From Candidatus Eiseniibacteriota bacterium (GTDB lineage Bacteria > Eisenbacteria > RBG-16-71-46), in the NCBI GenBank assembly GCA_044222065.1, contig JBGAOA010000016.1, forward strand, positions 1 to 64,000: a stretch of 64,000 nucleotides of DNA, given 5' to 3'. Position 1 is the first letter of the stretch. Every line of letters begins with the position of its first letter. The position numbers and the translations under genes are program-made. A model generated the notes under the pieces. That model had not been told where the DNA came from. It searched no databases and saw only the letters and a program-made list of their open reading frames with translations. Positions 28,880 to 38,853 of the stretch are shown one piece after another.

Positions 28880-30045
28880 CACTGGCGCCTCTTGTAGCGG
28901 ATGACGCGCGCGCCGCCGGGGTCGGCGACGTAGCACAGCGAGTCGTCGGCCGCGACCGCGACCGGGCGCACGAGCGCGTCGCCCTCGGTGTTCACGATCT
29001 GCTGGTAGGTGCCGAAGGCGTCGAAGCGCAGGATGCGCTTGCTGCCGCTGTCGACGCTGTAGATGTAGCCGAGCGGATCGGCCGTCACGTCGACCGGACC
29101 CTCGAGCGCCGTGCCCGAGTCGTTGGCGTCGAACGCGATCTCGCCGGGAGAGACGCCCTGGTCGAACGTCTTCTTGATCTGGTTGTTCCCGAAGTCGCTG
29201 ACGTAGATCCGGTGGGCCCCGGAGGCGTTGCCCCAGAAGATGCCGCGCGGGTCGATCGCCGAGCCGCTGCCCGTACCCTGCGTGACCTGGAACGTCGTGT
29301 CGCGGTGCCACGTCCCGGCCGGAAGCACGGTGAGGTCGGTCTTGCCGTCGGGGCGCAGGCCGGGCGAGTACTTGAACACGCCGTACTCGAGCAGCTTCAC
29401 GCGCAGGCGCGGGTCTTCCTGATCCGGGATGAAGCGAATCCGCGATCCCGCGATGTACACGTTGTTCAGCTCGTCGGACGCGATGCCCGTCACGGTCGCG
29501 AGGCTCGTGTCGGTGAAGCTCACGACCGGATCGCCCGCGATGAGCAGGTAACCGCGCACCCACCAGTACAGCTCGAGGTGGCTGATCGCGTTCCTCCAGC
29601 CGCCCGTCGTGTCGTTGCACTGGCCCGTCACCGGGTTCTGGCGCGCGAGGCAGGAGTCGCCGAGGTCGAGCACCCAGAGCCGGTTGTTGCCGGAGGCGAT
29701 GCCGATCGGATTGAAGAGCCCGTTGAAGGGCCGCTGCGAGATCCGCTCGGGGCGCACGAGCAGGTACTCCCACACTTCGCCGCGCGGCGTCGTGCCCGCG
29801 CCGCCGTAGTTGAACACGAAGTAGAGCTGGTCGAGCTGGCCGCGCGGCACGAGCGCGAGGTCCACGACGCCGGGAAGGCTCGTCCAGGTCGCGAGCCGCT
29901 GATAGCTGCCGTCCGGCGGAATCGAGCGGTTGCGGTTCTCGGTCGGGAGCGGGAATTCCGAGCCGCAGCCCGCGAGCGACGCGAGCAGCGCGAACGCGCC
30001 GAGAGCGGCGGCGAGTCGGAGCCAGTGGCGCGGGGTCGTCGTCAT
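28879..30045 (-). CDS. Lipoprotein with NHL-like beta-propeller repeats
   Basis: Lipobox LAG-C; NPIGIA, DPRGI..IYVSDFGN, GPVDV..IYSVDSG..RI, RPVAVA..YVADPG. Confidence 0.8.
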   Translation of the reverse strand: MTTTPRHWLRLAAALGAFALLASLAGCGSEFPLPTENRNRSIPPDGSYQRLATWTSLPGVVDLALVPRGQLDQLYFVFNYGGAGTTPRGEVWEYLLVRPERISQRPFNGLFNPIGIASGNNRLWVLDLGDSCLARQNPVTGQCNDTTGGWRNAISHLELYWWVRGYLLIAGDPVVSFTDTSLATVTGIASDELNNVYIAGSRIRFIPDQEDPRLRVKLLEYGVFKYSPGLRPDGKTDLTVLPAGTWHRDTTFQVTQGTGSGSAIDPRGIFWGNASGAHRIYVSDFGNNQIKKTFDQGVSPGEIAFDANDSGTALEGPVDVTADPLGYIYSVDSGSKRILRFDAFGTYQQIVNTEGDALVRPVAVAADDSLCYVADPGGARVIRYKRRQ

Positions 30046-30052
30046 GCGGGGC

Positions 30053-31066
30053 TCAGAAGCGGATCCCGAGCGACACGCGGTTCACCGAACCGAGCGTCGA
30101 AGCGGTCGTGTAGGCGTAGTCCACGGTGGCCTTCGTCGTGCCGATCTCGGTGAAGAGTCCCGCGCCGGCCGAGAACTTGAGCGCGTCGGCGTTGAAGTTG
30201 TAGCCGCTCCTGAGCGCGAGCCGCTGGTGCCACGTCCACTCGAGTCCGGCCTTCGCGACCTGCGAGTTGTCCGCGGGCAGGTTGAACTCGAACGCCGACG
30301 TGAGCCGCTGGTTCGCGTTCTCGATCGGCTCGAACGCGACGCCGTAGCGGAACACGGTCGGCGGGTCGAAACCGTCGTAGCTGCGCACCTCGCCCGTGAT
30401 CGGCGAGACGAACTCGCCGCCGGGCTTGATCTCGGAGCCGAAGTTCGACAGCGCCACGGCGACGCGCACGCTGCCGAGCCCGAGGTAGTAGATGCCGCCG
30501 ACGTCGAGCATGACGGTGTTCGAGACCGGGCCGCCGATGTCGGAGCCGAGGTCCTCGCGCACGAACTTGAGGCCGGCGCCGACGAGCAGCTTGTCCGTCC
30601 AGCGCCGCGCGTAGGCCGCCCCGGCGACGAAGTCCGAATAGACGAACGAGCGGCCGGTGCCGTACGGCAGGAACTCGGTCGTCTCGTCGAGCTCGGTCGA
30701 GAGCGCGCCCGCCTGCAGCGCGACCGAGCCGCCGAGCCGCTTCACGGGCAGCACGTACGTGACGTGCTCGTAGTTCACGTCGCCCGGCCAGGACGCGTGC
30801 GAGATCGCGACCTCCTGCCGGAGCAGCGAACCGAGGCCGGCGGGATTCCAGTAGATCGCGCTCGGATCGTTCGCGACGGCGACGAACGACTCGCCGAGCG
30901 CCGTCGCTCGCGCACCGATGCCGATGCGCAGGAACGACGCCGAGGACGTGCCGGCGCGCTGGTCGCCGAGCGTGAACTGCGCGCGCGCGGGCGTGGCGGC
31001 GGCGCACGCGAGAGCGGTCGCGAACAGCGCGGCGGCGGCGCGGACGAAGCGGCGCTCAGAAGTCAT
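30053..31066 (-). CDS. PorV/PorQ-family (FadL-like) outer-membrane beta-barrel
   Basis: FLRIGIGARATALGE...DPSAIYWNPAGL N-terminal signature; ends SLGIRF. Confidence 0.85.
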   Translation of the reverse strand: MTSERRFVRAAAALFATALACAAATPARAQFTLGDQRAGTSSASFLRIGIGARATALGESFVAVANDPSAIYWNPAGLGSLLRQEVAISHASWPGDVNYEHVTYVLPVKRLGGSVALQAGALSTELDETTEFLPYGTGRSFVYSDFVAGAAYARRWTDKLLVGAGLKFVREDLGSDIGGPVSNTVMLDVGGIYYLGLGSVRVAVALSNFGSEIKPGGEFVSPITGEVRSYDGFDPPTVFRYGVAFEPIENANQRLTSAFEFNLPADNSQVAKAGLEWTWHQRLALRSGYNFNADALKFSAGAGLFTEIGTTKATVDYAYTTASTLGSVNRVSLGIRF

Positions 31067-33803
31067 AGTCGAGCGACATCCTCCACTGGGCGCCGGGGCC
31101 GTAGTTCGACGGATCGTCCACCTGGCTCTGGAGCGCGTAACGCCAGGCGCTGTCCGACACGTACTGGTCGCGCGAGTACTCGCCGACGCCCGCGATGCGG
31201 CCTTCGCCGGTCTGCCGGTCCACGCGGTTGATCAGGAAATTGTTGAAGACGTTCGTGCCCGCGAGGCTCAGGTCGAGCCGGCGGCCGCCCATGCGGAACC
31301 AGCGGTTCACCTTGAGATCGGCCGTGACCTGGAAGGGCGCGTTCTTCGAGTAGGGCTCGGCGGACTGGCCGAACGCGTTCGTCGCCGGCGTGAACGCGCG
31401 GCCCGACGTGCCCTGCACGAACAGGTTGAAGCCGGTCTGCTTCACGAAGCGCGGGCCCTTGTCGTCGAAGCGCACGTCGACGCTCGCGGACACCTTGTGC
31501 GGGCGGTTCCAGCGCACGAACGTCTCGCTCAGGCGCGTCTCGGACGCGTCGCCGCCGCCTTCCTGGATGACCTTCGCCTCGGCCGGATCGCTGCTCTTCC
31601 CCTTCGTCTGCTGGAACGTGTACGTGATCTTGCCGGACCAGTTGTGGCTGCGGCGCTTCTCGAGCTCGATCTCGATGCCCTTCGAGCGCGCGAAGTGGCC
31701 GTTCAGGTACACGAGCACGTCCGAGAGGTCGGTGCCCGACTGGCGCTTGAACGTCGTCGCGACCGGGTAGTCGTAGACGTCCTTCACGAACACGCTCGCG
31801 TTGATCGCCGCCTTCTCGAGGAACTGGTGGCGCGCGCCGACCTCGTAGTTCACCGACACCTGCGGGTTCAGGTTCGGGTTCCCGAGCAGCGGGAACGACT
31901 CGCTCGAGATCGACGTGAGCTTCGAGTACACGTAGCGGTACGACGGATTCTGCGTGTACTGCCCGTAGTTGAAGAAGAAGTTGCTGTTCTCGGTGATCGG
32001 GAACGAGACCGACACGCGCGGCGAGAACTTCACCTTGTAGCGGCGGCCGAAGAACGAGAACGTGTCGTTGAAGAACTGGTTGCGCGTGTCGACCGTGATG
32101 TTGTCGTTCGACGTGTCCGCGACCGCGCGCTCGGCCTCGCGCCCGAGGAACCAGTAATCCGCGCGCACGCCGAAGTTCGCGACGAAGCCCTCGAACTCGA
32201 GACGATCGCGGAGGTACAGGTCGCCGACCCACGGGCGCACCTTCCAGATGTCGTGCGAGCCGCCGAGGCCGTCGGTGTCGCCGACCCACGGGTCCTCGAT
32301 CGTGACGAACTGCACGTCCTGGAACTGGTGCTCGATGCCGAGTTCGAGCTCGTGCGGCTTGAAGCGCTGCACGTAGCCCCACTGCATGCCCCACGAGTTC
32401 GTGCGCCGGTCCTGCCACGTGTTGTCGTCGCCCGAGTCGAGGAAGTAGTCGCGCCACTTCGTCGAGTCCGCGAGACCCGGGTCGTACGGCTCTTCGTACT
32501 CGCTCCAATGCTTGCCGAGCACGTCCTGGCGCTGCGCGTAGTAGTAGCGGGAGATCTGGAAGTCGGTGTAGCCCGTGATGCCGAGCGTGCGGCGCCACTC
32601 GAAATTGAACTGGACGTTGTCCTCGAAGATCGTGTTCGCGTGGTCGATCCGGTGCGCCCAGATCCACGGGTAGGCCGGATCGCCGAGGTCGCCCGAGGCG
32701 TTGATGAACGTGCGGCTGAAGCCCTGGTCGATCGCGATGCTCTTGCGCGTCGTCAAGTTCCACTTGTCGGTCGAGTTCGGCTTCCACGTCAGGCCGAAGC
32801 GCGCGTCCCAGCGGTTGTCCTGCGAGGGCGCGATCCAGTCCGGGTACGTGAACTTCTCGCCGAAGAAGCTGTCTTCGTAGCTCGAGCGGAGCGGATCGCG
32901 CACCGGCGTGTCGAACACCGAGTTGAGCGCCTTCTGGTGATCCGTGCCGAGGTAGCTGAAGCGCGTCTCCGAGAACGTCCCGTTCACGTCGAGGATCGCG
33001 TTCACCTTGTGCCGCTTCGAGACCGGTCCGCCGGCGACGAGCTGGAACGCGCGTCCGCCGTAGGACCCGCCGGTCGTCGTGAGTCCGCCCTCGAACTTGT
33101 CGCTGCCTTCCTTGAGCTTGATCTCGACCACGCCCGAGAGCGCGTTTCCGTAACGCACGTCGAACGCGCCGGTCGCGACGTTCACCTCGGACACCGAGCG
33201 GGCGTTGAGCTGGCCGGCCGTGGACTGTCCGGTGACGAGGTCGCGGTTCGTGACGCCGTTCACGACGAAGATCGTTTCGTCGGCGCGCCCGCCGCGCACG
33301 TGGATCTGGTCCGCGTCCGTGCTGATGCCCGCCTGCTGCTGGAGCACGTCGCCGATCGTCTGCACCGGCAGGTTGCGGATCTCGTTCGCGTTGACGCTGC
33401 GGATCGTGGCGCTCTGCTTCACGTCCACGAGCCGGCGTTCCGCCGTGACCTGCACTTCCTTGACCTGCGTGACGACGATCTCGTTGAGCTGGAAGTTCAG
33501 GACCGTCGGCTTGCCCGGCGCAACGACGACACCGGCGCGCTCCTCGTTGGAGTAACCGAGGAACTGCACCCTCACGGTGTACGTACCGGCCGGAAGTCCC
33601 GGAATCAGGTACTGGCCTTCGGAGTCGGTCAGGCCACCCCGCTTTGCTTCCGGCACGTTGACGCTCGCGAACGGAATCGCGTGCCCCGTGCGCTTGTCCA
33701 TGACACGGCCCGAAATGGCGCCCTTGTCCTGCGCGTGAGCGGACAGGGCGAGCACGCAGCCGAGAAGCGTGAGGAGGATGAGAAGAGCCGAATTCCTGTG
33801 CAT
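31056..33803 (-). CDS. TonB-dependent receptor with N-terminal CarboxypepD_reg-like domain
   Basis: GAISGRV.D..TG..IPFA, plug IHVRGGRADE..VNG, GAFDVRYGNALSGVV, GNPNLNP, C-terminal DYDF. Confidence 0.92.
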   Translation of the reverse strand: MHRNSALLILLTLLGCVLALSAHAQDKGAISGRVMDKRTGHAIPFASVNVPEAKRGGLTDSEGQYLIPGLPAGTYTVRVQFLGYSNEERAGVVVAPGKPTVLNFQLNEIVVTQVKEVQVTAERRLVDVKQSATIRSVNANEIRNLPVQTIGDVLQQQAGISTDADQIHVRGGRADETIFVVNGVTNRDLVTGQSTAGQLNARSVSEVNVATGAFDVRYGNALSGVVEIKLKEGSDKFEGGLTTTGGSYGGRAFQLVAGGPVSKRHKVNAILDVNGTFSETRFSYLGTDHQKALNSVFDTPVRDPLRSSYEDSFFGEKFTYPDWIAPSQDNRWDARFGLTWKPNSTDKWNLTTRKSIAIDQGFSRTFINASGDLGDPAYPWIWAHRIDHANTIFEDNVQFNFEWRRTLGITGYTDFQISRYYYAQRQDVLGKHWSEYEEPYDPGLADSTKWRDYFLDSGDDNTWQDRRTNSWGMQWGYVQRFKPHELELGIEHQFQDVQFVTIEDPWVGDTDGLGGSHDIWKVRPWVGDLYLRDRLEFEGFVANFGVRADYWFLGREAERAVADTSNDNITVDTRNQFFNDTFSFFGRRYKVKFSPRVSVSFPITENSNFFFNYGQYTQNPSYRYVYSKLTSISSESFPLLGNPNLNPQVSVNYEVGARHQFLEKAAINASVFVKDVYDYPVATTFKRQSGTDLSDVLVYLNGHFARSKGIEIELEKRRSHNWSGKITYTFQQTKGKSSDPAEAKVIQEGGGDASETRLSETFVRWNRPHKVSASVDVRFDDKGPRFVKQTGFNLFVQGTSGRAFTPATNAFGQSAEPYSKNAPFQVTADLKVNRWFRMGGRRLDLSLAGTNVFNNFLINRVDRQTGEGRIAGVGEYSRDQYVSDSAWRYALQSQVDDPSNYGPGAQWRMSLDYDF

Positions 33804-33841
33804 GTTCGGGGCGCGGCTTTCCGTGCGGAAGGTGGACCGGC

Positions 33842-33871
33842 ACCCTAAGCGGCGCGCGGCGTGATGGTCAA
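33842..33871 (-). promoter_or_regulatory. Sigma70-type promoter for the TonB-receptor operon
   Basis: TTGACC-18 bp-TAGGGT. Confidence 0.55.
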
Positions 33872-33998
33872 GCGCACGCGCGCACTAAATTCCCTCTTCA
33901 CAGGAAGTACGGCGGTTCGGCGGCGTGCGGCGTCCGCAGGGAACACCGCCACCCTTCGGCTCGATCCCGGCGTGTTCGCCGGAGCGAAACTAGTTTCG

Positions 33999-34760
33999 CT
34001 AGAAGTCGCGCTGCACTTGCAGCAGCGCACGCCAGTCGTGAGCCGATTCGACGTGTCGCGACAGGACGCCGGCTGCGAGCGACCAGTTGCCGGCGAAGCC
34101 CGCGCGCACGCCCGGACCGACCGCCAGCGAGTTCGTCTGGGTCTCCAGTTCGCGCAGCGCGATCACTTCGAGCAGCGCGTGCCAGCGTTCACCGAACGCC
34201 GCGGCGAGGGACGACTCGACGAACACGTTGCGCTCCGAGCCGTCCTCGAGCACGGAGTAGCCCGGTCCGCCCTGCAGCGTCCAGGCGCCCGAGCGGACGA
34301 GCGTCGCGGCCGCGACTTCGAACTCGGCCGACGACTCGCCGAACGCTTCCTCGCTCGCCGGCAACTGAACTTCCCCGCGCACGACGACGGGCGCCTCGAA
34401 CGGCAGTTGCGCCTTGAGTCCGAGCCCGAGTCCGCCGAAGCCGCTGCGCGTCTCGCCGGCGGTGCGGTTCGAGACGAACGGCAGGCCGATCTCGGCGCTC
34501 ACGCCCCGCCGCAATCCGATGTAGACCTTTCCGCCCTGCGACGCGACACGTTCTTCGACGCCGTCGGCCGCGCGCAGCGGCAGGTCGGATTGCACGCGAA
34601 CGGCCCAGTGGCCGCGTTCGGTCGGCACGGTCTCCTCGATGGCGAGCGGCTCGACCGCCTCGACATCCTCGCCGTTCTCCGGCAGGCCGGCGGACCGTGC
34701 ATCCACCACTCCGAGCCCCAACGACAGCACGATCCACGCGGTAACGACCGACGCACGCAT
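33999..34760 (-). CDS. Putative outer-membrane beta-barrel (MetA-pathway/transporter-like)
   Basis: AGGAG RBS; signal peptide; SGFGGLGLGLK; alternating beta strands; C-terminal Phe. Confidence 0.6.
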   Translation of the reverse strand: MRASVVTAWIVLSLGLGVVDARSAGLPENGEDVEAVEPLAIEETVPTERGHWAVRVQSDLPLRAADGVEERVASQGGKVYIGLRRGVSAEIGLPFVSNRTAGETRSGFGGLGLGLKAQLPFEAPVVVRGEVQLPASEEAFGESSAEFEVAAATLVRSGAWTLQGGPGYSVLEDGSERNVFVESSLAAAFGERWHALLEVIALRELETQTNSLAVGPGVRAGFAGNWSLAAGVLSRHVESAHDWRALLQVQRDF

Positions 34761-34937
34761 GGCGGTCTCCTCTCCCTGGACGAAACCCGACGGCCGAGTC
34801 CCGGCCCGCGGGTGTCATCGGACCGCAGGGCGAGGACTTGAGACGATTCAGGGACCGGGGCATTCGCGCTTCAGCCGGCTTGACCGGGAGTCGATAACGC
34901 CGTCGTCGCGATCGGAACCGAGGCGGAGGGAGGGAGC

Positions 34938-37280
34938 ATGGAGGCGACCACGGGGCCGACGGCCGCCGCAGCGGCTGTCGGCAGCAGCGCCGTCACGGCA
35001 GTCGCGACCGAGCCCGTTCGCGGGCGCTCGCCGCGCGCGCTGGTCATCGCTCTCGTCGGGAGCGTCGCCGCGGGAACGATCGTGTTCGGCTCGCTGCAGG
35101 GGCTTGCCCTGCGCGCTCGCAAGGCCGAGAGCGAGTTCGTCGAATTCGAAGCCACGCTGAACCGTCTCGACGCGCTGGAATGGCAGATCGCCGCCGCCCG
35201 CTCGACGAACGACGAACTCGACGAGGAGATCGCGCGGACGCGCGCCGACGCCCGGCAGCGGCTCGACCGGCTGGAACGCGGTCGCTCCGCGCGCGAGGAG
35301 ACCGCTGCGCTGTCGGACCGCTTCCGTCGCTACGTGACCGCCGTGAACCAGGAAATCGAACTCCTTCGTGCTGGCGACGCCGAGGCGGCCCGGGAGTGGG
35401 ACGAGTCGGACGTGGATCCGGCGTTCGACGACGTGACGACGGCATCACGCGCGGGCCGCGAGGCGTGCGTTCGCGCCGCCGATTCCAACTCGGCGCTCGC
35501 CATCGGCGGAGCGCTGCTCACGCTGATGGTGCAGTTGCTCGCGGTCGCCTACCTGTCGCGCCGCATCCTGCGCGAGGCGCATCGCACGGCCACGGCGGAG
35601 GAACGCGGTCGCCTGCTCCAGGAGAGCCAGGCCCGGCTCGCGGCCGCGAATCGCCGGCTCGAGGAGGCGAACGTCCGGCTCGAGGAGGCGTCGCGCCTCA
35701 AGAGCGAGTTCCTCGCGAACACGTCCCACGAACTGCGCACGCCGCTGAACGGCATGATGGGATTCCTCCAGCTCGTGCTGGACGGCGCGTGCACGTCCCC
35801 GGCCGAGGAGCGCGAGTTCATCGAGCAGGCGCTGGGCTGTTCGCGCCACCTGCTCGCGCTCATCAACGACGTCCTCGACATCGCGCGGATCGAAGCGGGC
35901 CGCGCGTCGCTGCGCACGGAACGCGTGAGCGTGCGGCAGATGTTCGAGGAGGTCGCGACGATCACGAGTCCGCCCGCGCGCGAGAAGGGACTCGAGCTCT
36001 CGTTCCACATGGACTCGGACGTACCGCTCGAAGTGCGCGCGGATGCGCTCAAGTTCAAGCAGGTGCTCGTCAACCTGGTCGGCAACAGCGTCAAGTTCAC
36101 GACGAGCGGCTTCGTTCGGGTGCGGGCGAGCGCGCCGACCGAGCGTGGACACGTGCGCATCGACGTCGAGGACAGCGGGATCGGCATCGCGCCCGACAAG
36201 CTCGAACTGATCTTCGAGAAGTTCGTGCAGCTGGACGCGAGCGCGACGCGCAAGCACGGCGGCACGGGTCTCGGCCTCGCGATCTCGCGCGGACTCGTGC
36301 ACAACATGGGCGGCCTCATCACGGCTCGCAGCGAGGGCGCGGGCCGCGGGGCGACCTTGACCGTCGCGCTGCCGCGCTGGAGCGAACCCGACCTGACCGA
36401 GGCGGCGATCGAGCCGGCCGACGGCCAGATCTCGGGGCCGGAACGCGGACCGCTCGCGCTGCTCGTCGAGGACGACCCGCGCTTCCGCGCGTTCGTGCGG
36501 CGCGTGCTGCACGACGAAGGCTTCCGCACGGTCGAGGCAAACACCGCCGAGCAGGGGCGCGTGGTCGCGCGCCGCGTGAACCCGGACATCGCGATCCTCG
36601 ACTTCGCGCTCCCGGTCGGGGACGGGGCGACGATCCAGAACGGCTGGGAACTGTGGCAGCGGCTCGAGAGCGAGTCGGACGCGCGGCCGATCCCCGCCGT
36701 GTTCCTGACCGGTTACGAGGAGGAGCTTCGCAAGGTCATCGAAGCACACACGTCGGCCCACGGCGTCGAACGACTCGCGAAGCCGGTCCGTCCGGAGGTG
36801 CTGCTCGAGTGCGCGCGCCGGCTGGTGCGGAGCAATCCGGGCGGCCGAACGCGCGTGCTGCTCGTCGACGACGATCCCGCCATCGCGACGCTGGTCGTGC
36901 GCACGCTGCCGTCGGATCAGTTCGTGGTCGAGACGATCACCGACGGCGCCGAGTGCGTGCAGCTGTTGCGGCGGAATCCGAACCGGTTCGACCTGCTGCT
37001 GCTCGACCTCATGATGCCGAACACGAGCGGCTACGACGTCCTGCGCGAAGTCCGCAAGCTCGGACTCGGGGACTCGCTGCGCACGGTCGTGCTGACGAAC
37101 GCCCCGCATCCGCACAGCGACGAGGAATCGAGCCTCCTGCACGGTGAAGGCGTGGTCGAGATCGTCTCCAAGTCGGAGGTCGCGGGCGACCTCGATCGGC
37201 TCACCCGGATCCTTTCGCGCCACGCCGCCGCACGGCGTCGCGAGACGACCGAGGTCGAGCCCGAGCGGAGGGCGGCGTGA
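34938..37280 (+). CDS. Membrane hybrid sensor histidine kinase with two receiver domains
   Basis: Two TM segments; FLANTSHELRTPL, NLVGNSVKFT, DSGIGI, GGTGLGL; REC VEDD..ILD and VDDD..LLDLMMP. Confidence 0.93.
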   Translation: MEATTGPTAAAAAVGSSAVTAVATEPVRGRSPRALVIALVGSVAAGTIVFGSLQGLALRARKAESEFVEFEATLNRLDALEWQIAAARSTNDELDEEIARTRADARQRLDRLERGRSAREETAALSDRFRRYVTAVNQEIELLRAGDAEAAREWDESDVDPAFDDVTTASRAGREACVRAADSNSALAIGGALLTLMVQLLAVAYLSRRILREAHRTATAEERGRLLQESQARLAAANRRLEEANVRLEEASRLKSEFLANTSHELRTPLNGMMGFLQLVLDGACTSPAEEREFIEQALGCSRHLLALINDVLDIARIEAGRASLRTERVSVRQMFEEVATITSPPAREKGLELSFHMDSDVPLEVRADALKFKQVLVNLVGNSVKFTTSGFVRVRASAPTERGHVRIDVEDSGIGIAPDKLELIFEKFVQLDASATRKHGGTGLGLAISRGLVHNMGGLITARSEGAGRGATLTVALPRWSEPDLTEAAIEPADGQISGPERGPLALLVEDDPRFRAFVRRVLHDEGFRTVEANTAEQGRVVARRVNPDIAILDFALPVGDGATIQNGWELWQRLESESDARPIPAVFLTGYEEELRKVIEAHTSAHGVERLAKPVRPEVLLECARRLVRSNPGGRTRVLLVDDDPAIATLVVRTLPSDQFVVETITDGAECVQLLRRNPNRFDLLLLDLMMPNTSGYDVLREVRKLGLGDSLRTVVLTNAPHPHSDEESSLLHGEGVVEIVSKSEVAGDLDRLTRILSRHAAARRRETTEVEPERRAA

Positions 37281-37678
37281 TTCGCGTGGTCATCGTCGAG
37301 GACGATCGCGTCAACGCGCTGCTGTTTCGAACGCTCGTGGAACGGCGGCTGCCCGGCGAGGCCCACGTCACGGAATCGGCCCAGGACGTGATCGATCGCG
37401 CGACCAGCGGTCTCGCGGACGTCGTGCTCATGGACGTCGCGCTCGGGAACACCTTCTGGGAGGAGCGGCCGGTGAACGGCGTCGAACTGACACGCCTCCT
37501 CAAGGCGGATCCGCGCTCGGCGCACGTGCCGGTGATCCTCGTGACCGCCCACGCGCGTCACGGCGACGCGGAGCGGCTGGTCGCCCAGAGCGGCGCCGAC
37601 GGCTACGCGTCGAAGCCCCTGACCGACATCGCGGCGTTCCTCGCGCAGATTCGCGCGCTCGCCTCGCGCGCCGCCTGA
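37277..37678 (+). CDS. Single-domain response regulator
   Basis: VEDD, VLMD, VTA, SKP; GTGA overlap with the kinase. Confidence 0.9.
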   Translation: MIRVVIVEDDRVNALLFRTLVERRLPGEAHVTESAQDVIDRATSGLADVVLMDVALGNTFWEERPVNGVELTRLLKADPRSAHVPVILVTAHARHGDAERLVAQSGADGYASKPLTDIAAFLAQIRALASRAA

Positions 37679-37691
37679 GTCGAGCCGCGTC

Positions 37692-38768
37692 TCACAGCCC
37701 CGTCGCGGCGCGGTCGTACTGGCTCGGGAACTCCTCCATGAACACGCGGTCGATCTCGAGCGTCACCCAGCGCAGCATGCGGGCCTTGTCCGGGTACGGC
37801 AGGAAGGAACTCTTGAAGCCGTTGATGAGGATCTTCTTGAGTTCGTAGGGGCTGAACCGGAACGCCTTCACCGCCAGCGCGAGTTCGTCCGTCACCGTGG
37901 TCGCGGACATGAGCCGGTTGTCGGTATTGAGCGTCACCCGCAATCCCTGCTGGAAGTAGAAGTGGAAGGGATGTTCGCGGATCGAGCGCACCGCGCGCGT
38001 CTGCACGTTCGAGGACAGGCACACCTCGAGCGGGATGCGGTGGTCGTTCACGTAGCGCATCAGGTCCGGATCCTCGCGCAGCCGCGTGCCGTGTCCGATG
38101 CGGTGGGCGCCGCAGTAGTGGATCGCGTGCCCGATGCTCTGCGGCCCGAACGCCTCGCCCGCGTGCACCGTCGAATTCATGTTGCGCTTGAGGATCAGCT
38201 GGAACGCCGCACGGTGCGCCTTGGCCGGGTAGTCGCGCTCCTGTCCGGCGAGGTCGAAGGCGAGCACGCCGCGGCCCTTGTAGGCGACGGCCAGCTCGGC
38301 GAGTTCCATCGAAGTGCGCGGGCTCATGGAGCGGATGCCGCAGATGATCACGCCCGTGCTGACGCCGAACTTCTTCCCCGCCTGCTGCAACCCCGCGATC
38401 ACGGCGTCCATGATCGCTTCGTAGGCGAGGCGCTTCTTGCGGTGGAGCACCGGGGCGAAGCGCACCTCGAGGTGGCGGACGTTCTCCTCGGCCGCGTCCT
38501 CCACGAGTTCGTAGGCAACGCGGGTCAGGGCCTCGCGCCGCTGCATCACGCTGAGCGTGATGTCGAAGATCTTCAGGTAGTCGCCGAGGTTTCGCGTGCG
38601 CTTTCCGGCCCGCAGCAGGTGCGCGAGCTTCGCGAGGTTCGTCGTCGGCAGCTCGACGCCCTGTTCGGACGCGAGTTCGAGCACCGTACGCGGGCGCAGG
38701 CAACCGTCGAGGTGGCAGTGGATGTCGGTCTTCGGGAGCCGCTTCAGGACCGCCTGGGAGAGCTTCAT
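37692..38768 (-). CDS. add: Adenosine deaminase
   Basis: LPKTDIHCHLDG, DLAGQE, TVHAGE, RIGHG, EVCLSSN, NTDN. Confidence 0.93.
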   Translation of the reverse strand: MKLSQAVLKRLPKTDIHCHLDGCLRPRTVLELASEQGVELPTTNLAKLAHLLRAGKRTRNLGDYLKIFDITLSVMQRREALTRVAYELVEDAAEENVRHLEVRFAPVLHRKKRLAYEAIMDAVIAGLQQAGKKFGVSTGVIICGIRSMSPRTSMELAELAVAYKGRGVLAFDLAGQERDYPAKAHRAAFQLILKRNMNSTVHAGEAFGPQSIGHAIHYCGAHRIGHGTRLREDPDLMRYVNDHRIPLEVCLSSNVQTRAVRSIREHPFHFYFQQGLRVTLNTDNRLMSATTVTDELALAVKAFRFSPYELKKILINGFKSSFLPYPDKARMLRWVTLEIDRVFMEEFPSQYDRAATGL

Positions 38769-38853
38769 GCGCCTCTATTCGAACGCCGGCCTCGGGCGAG
38801 ACCGGCGTGGGTGGGTTCCGCGGGCCTCTCGGGGCGCGCGCGGAGCGAATGCG

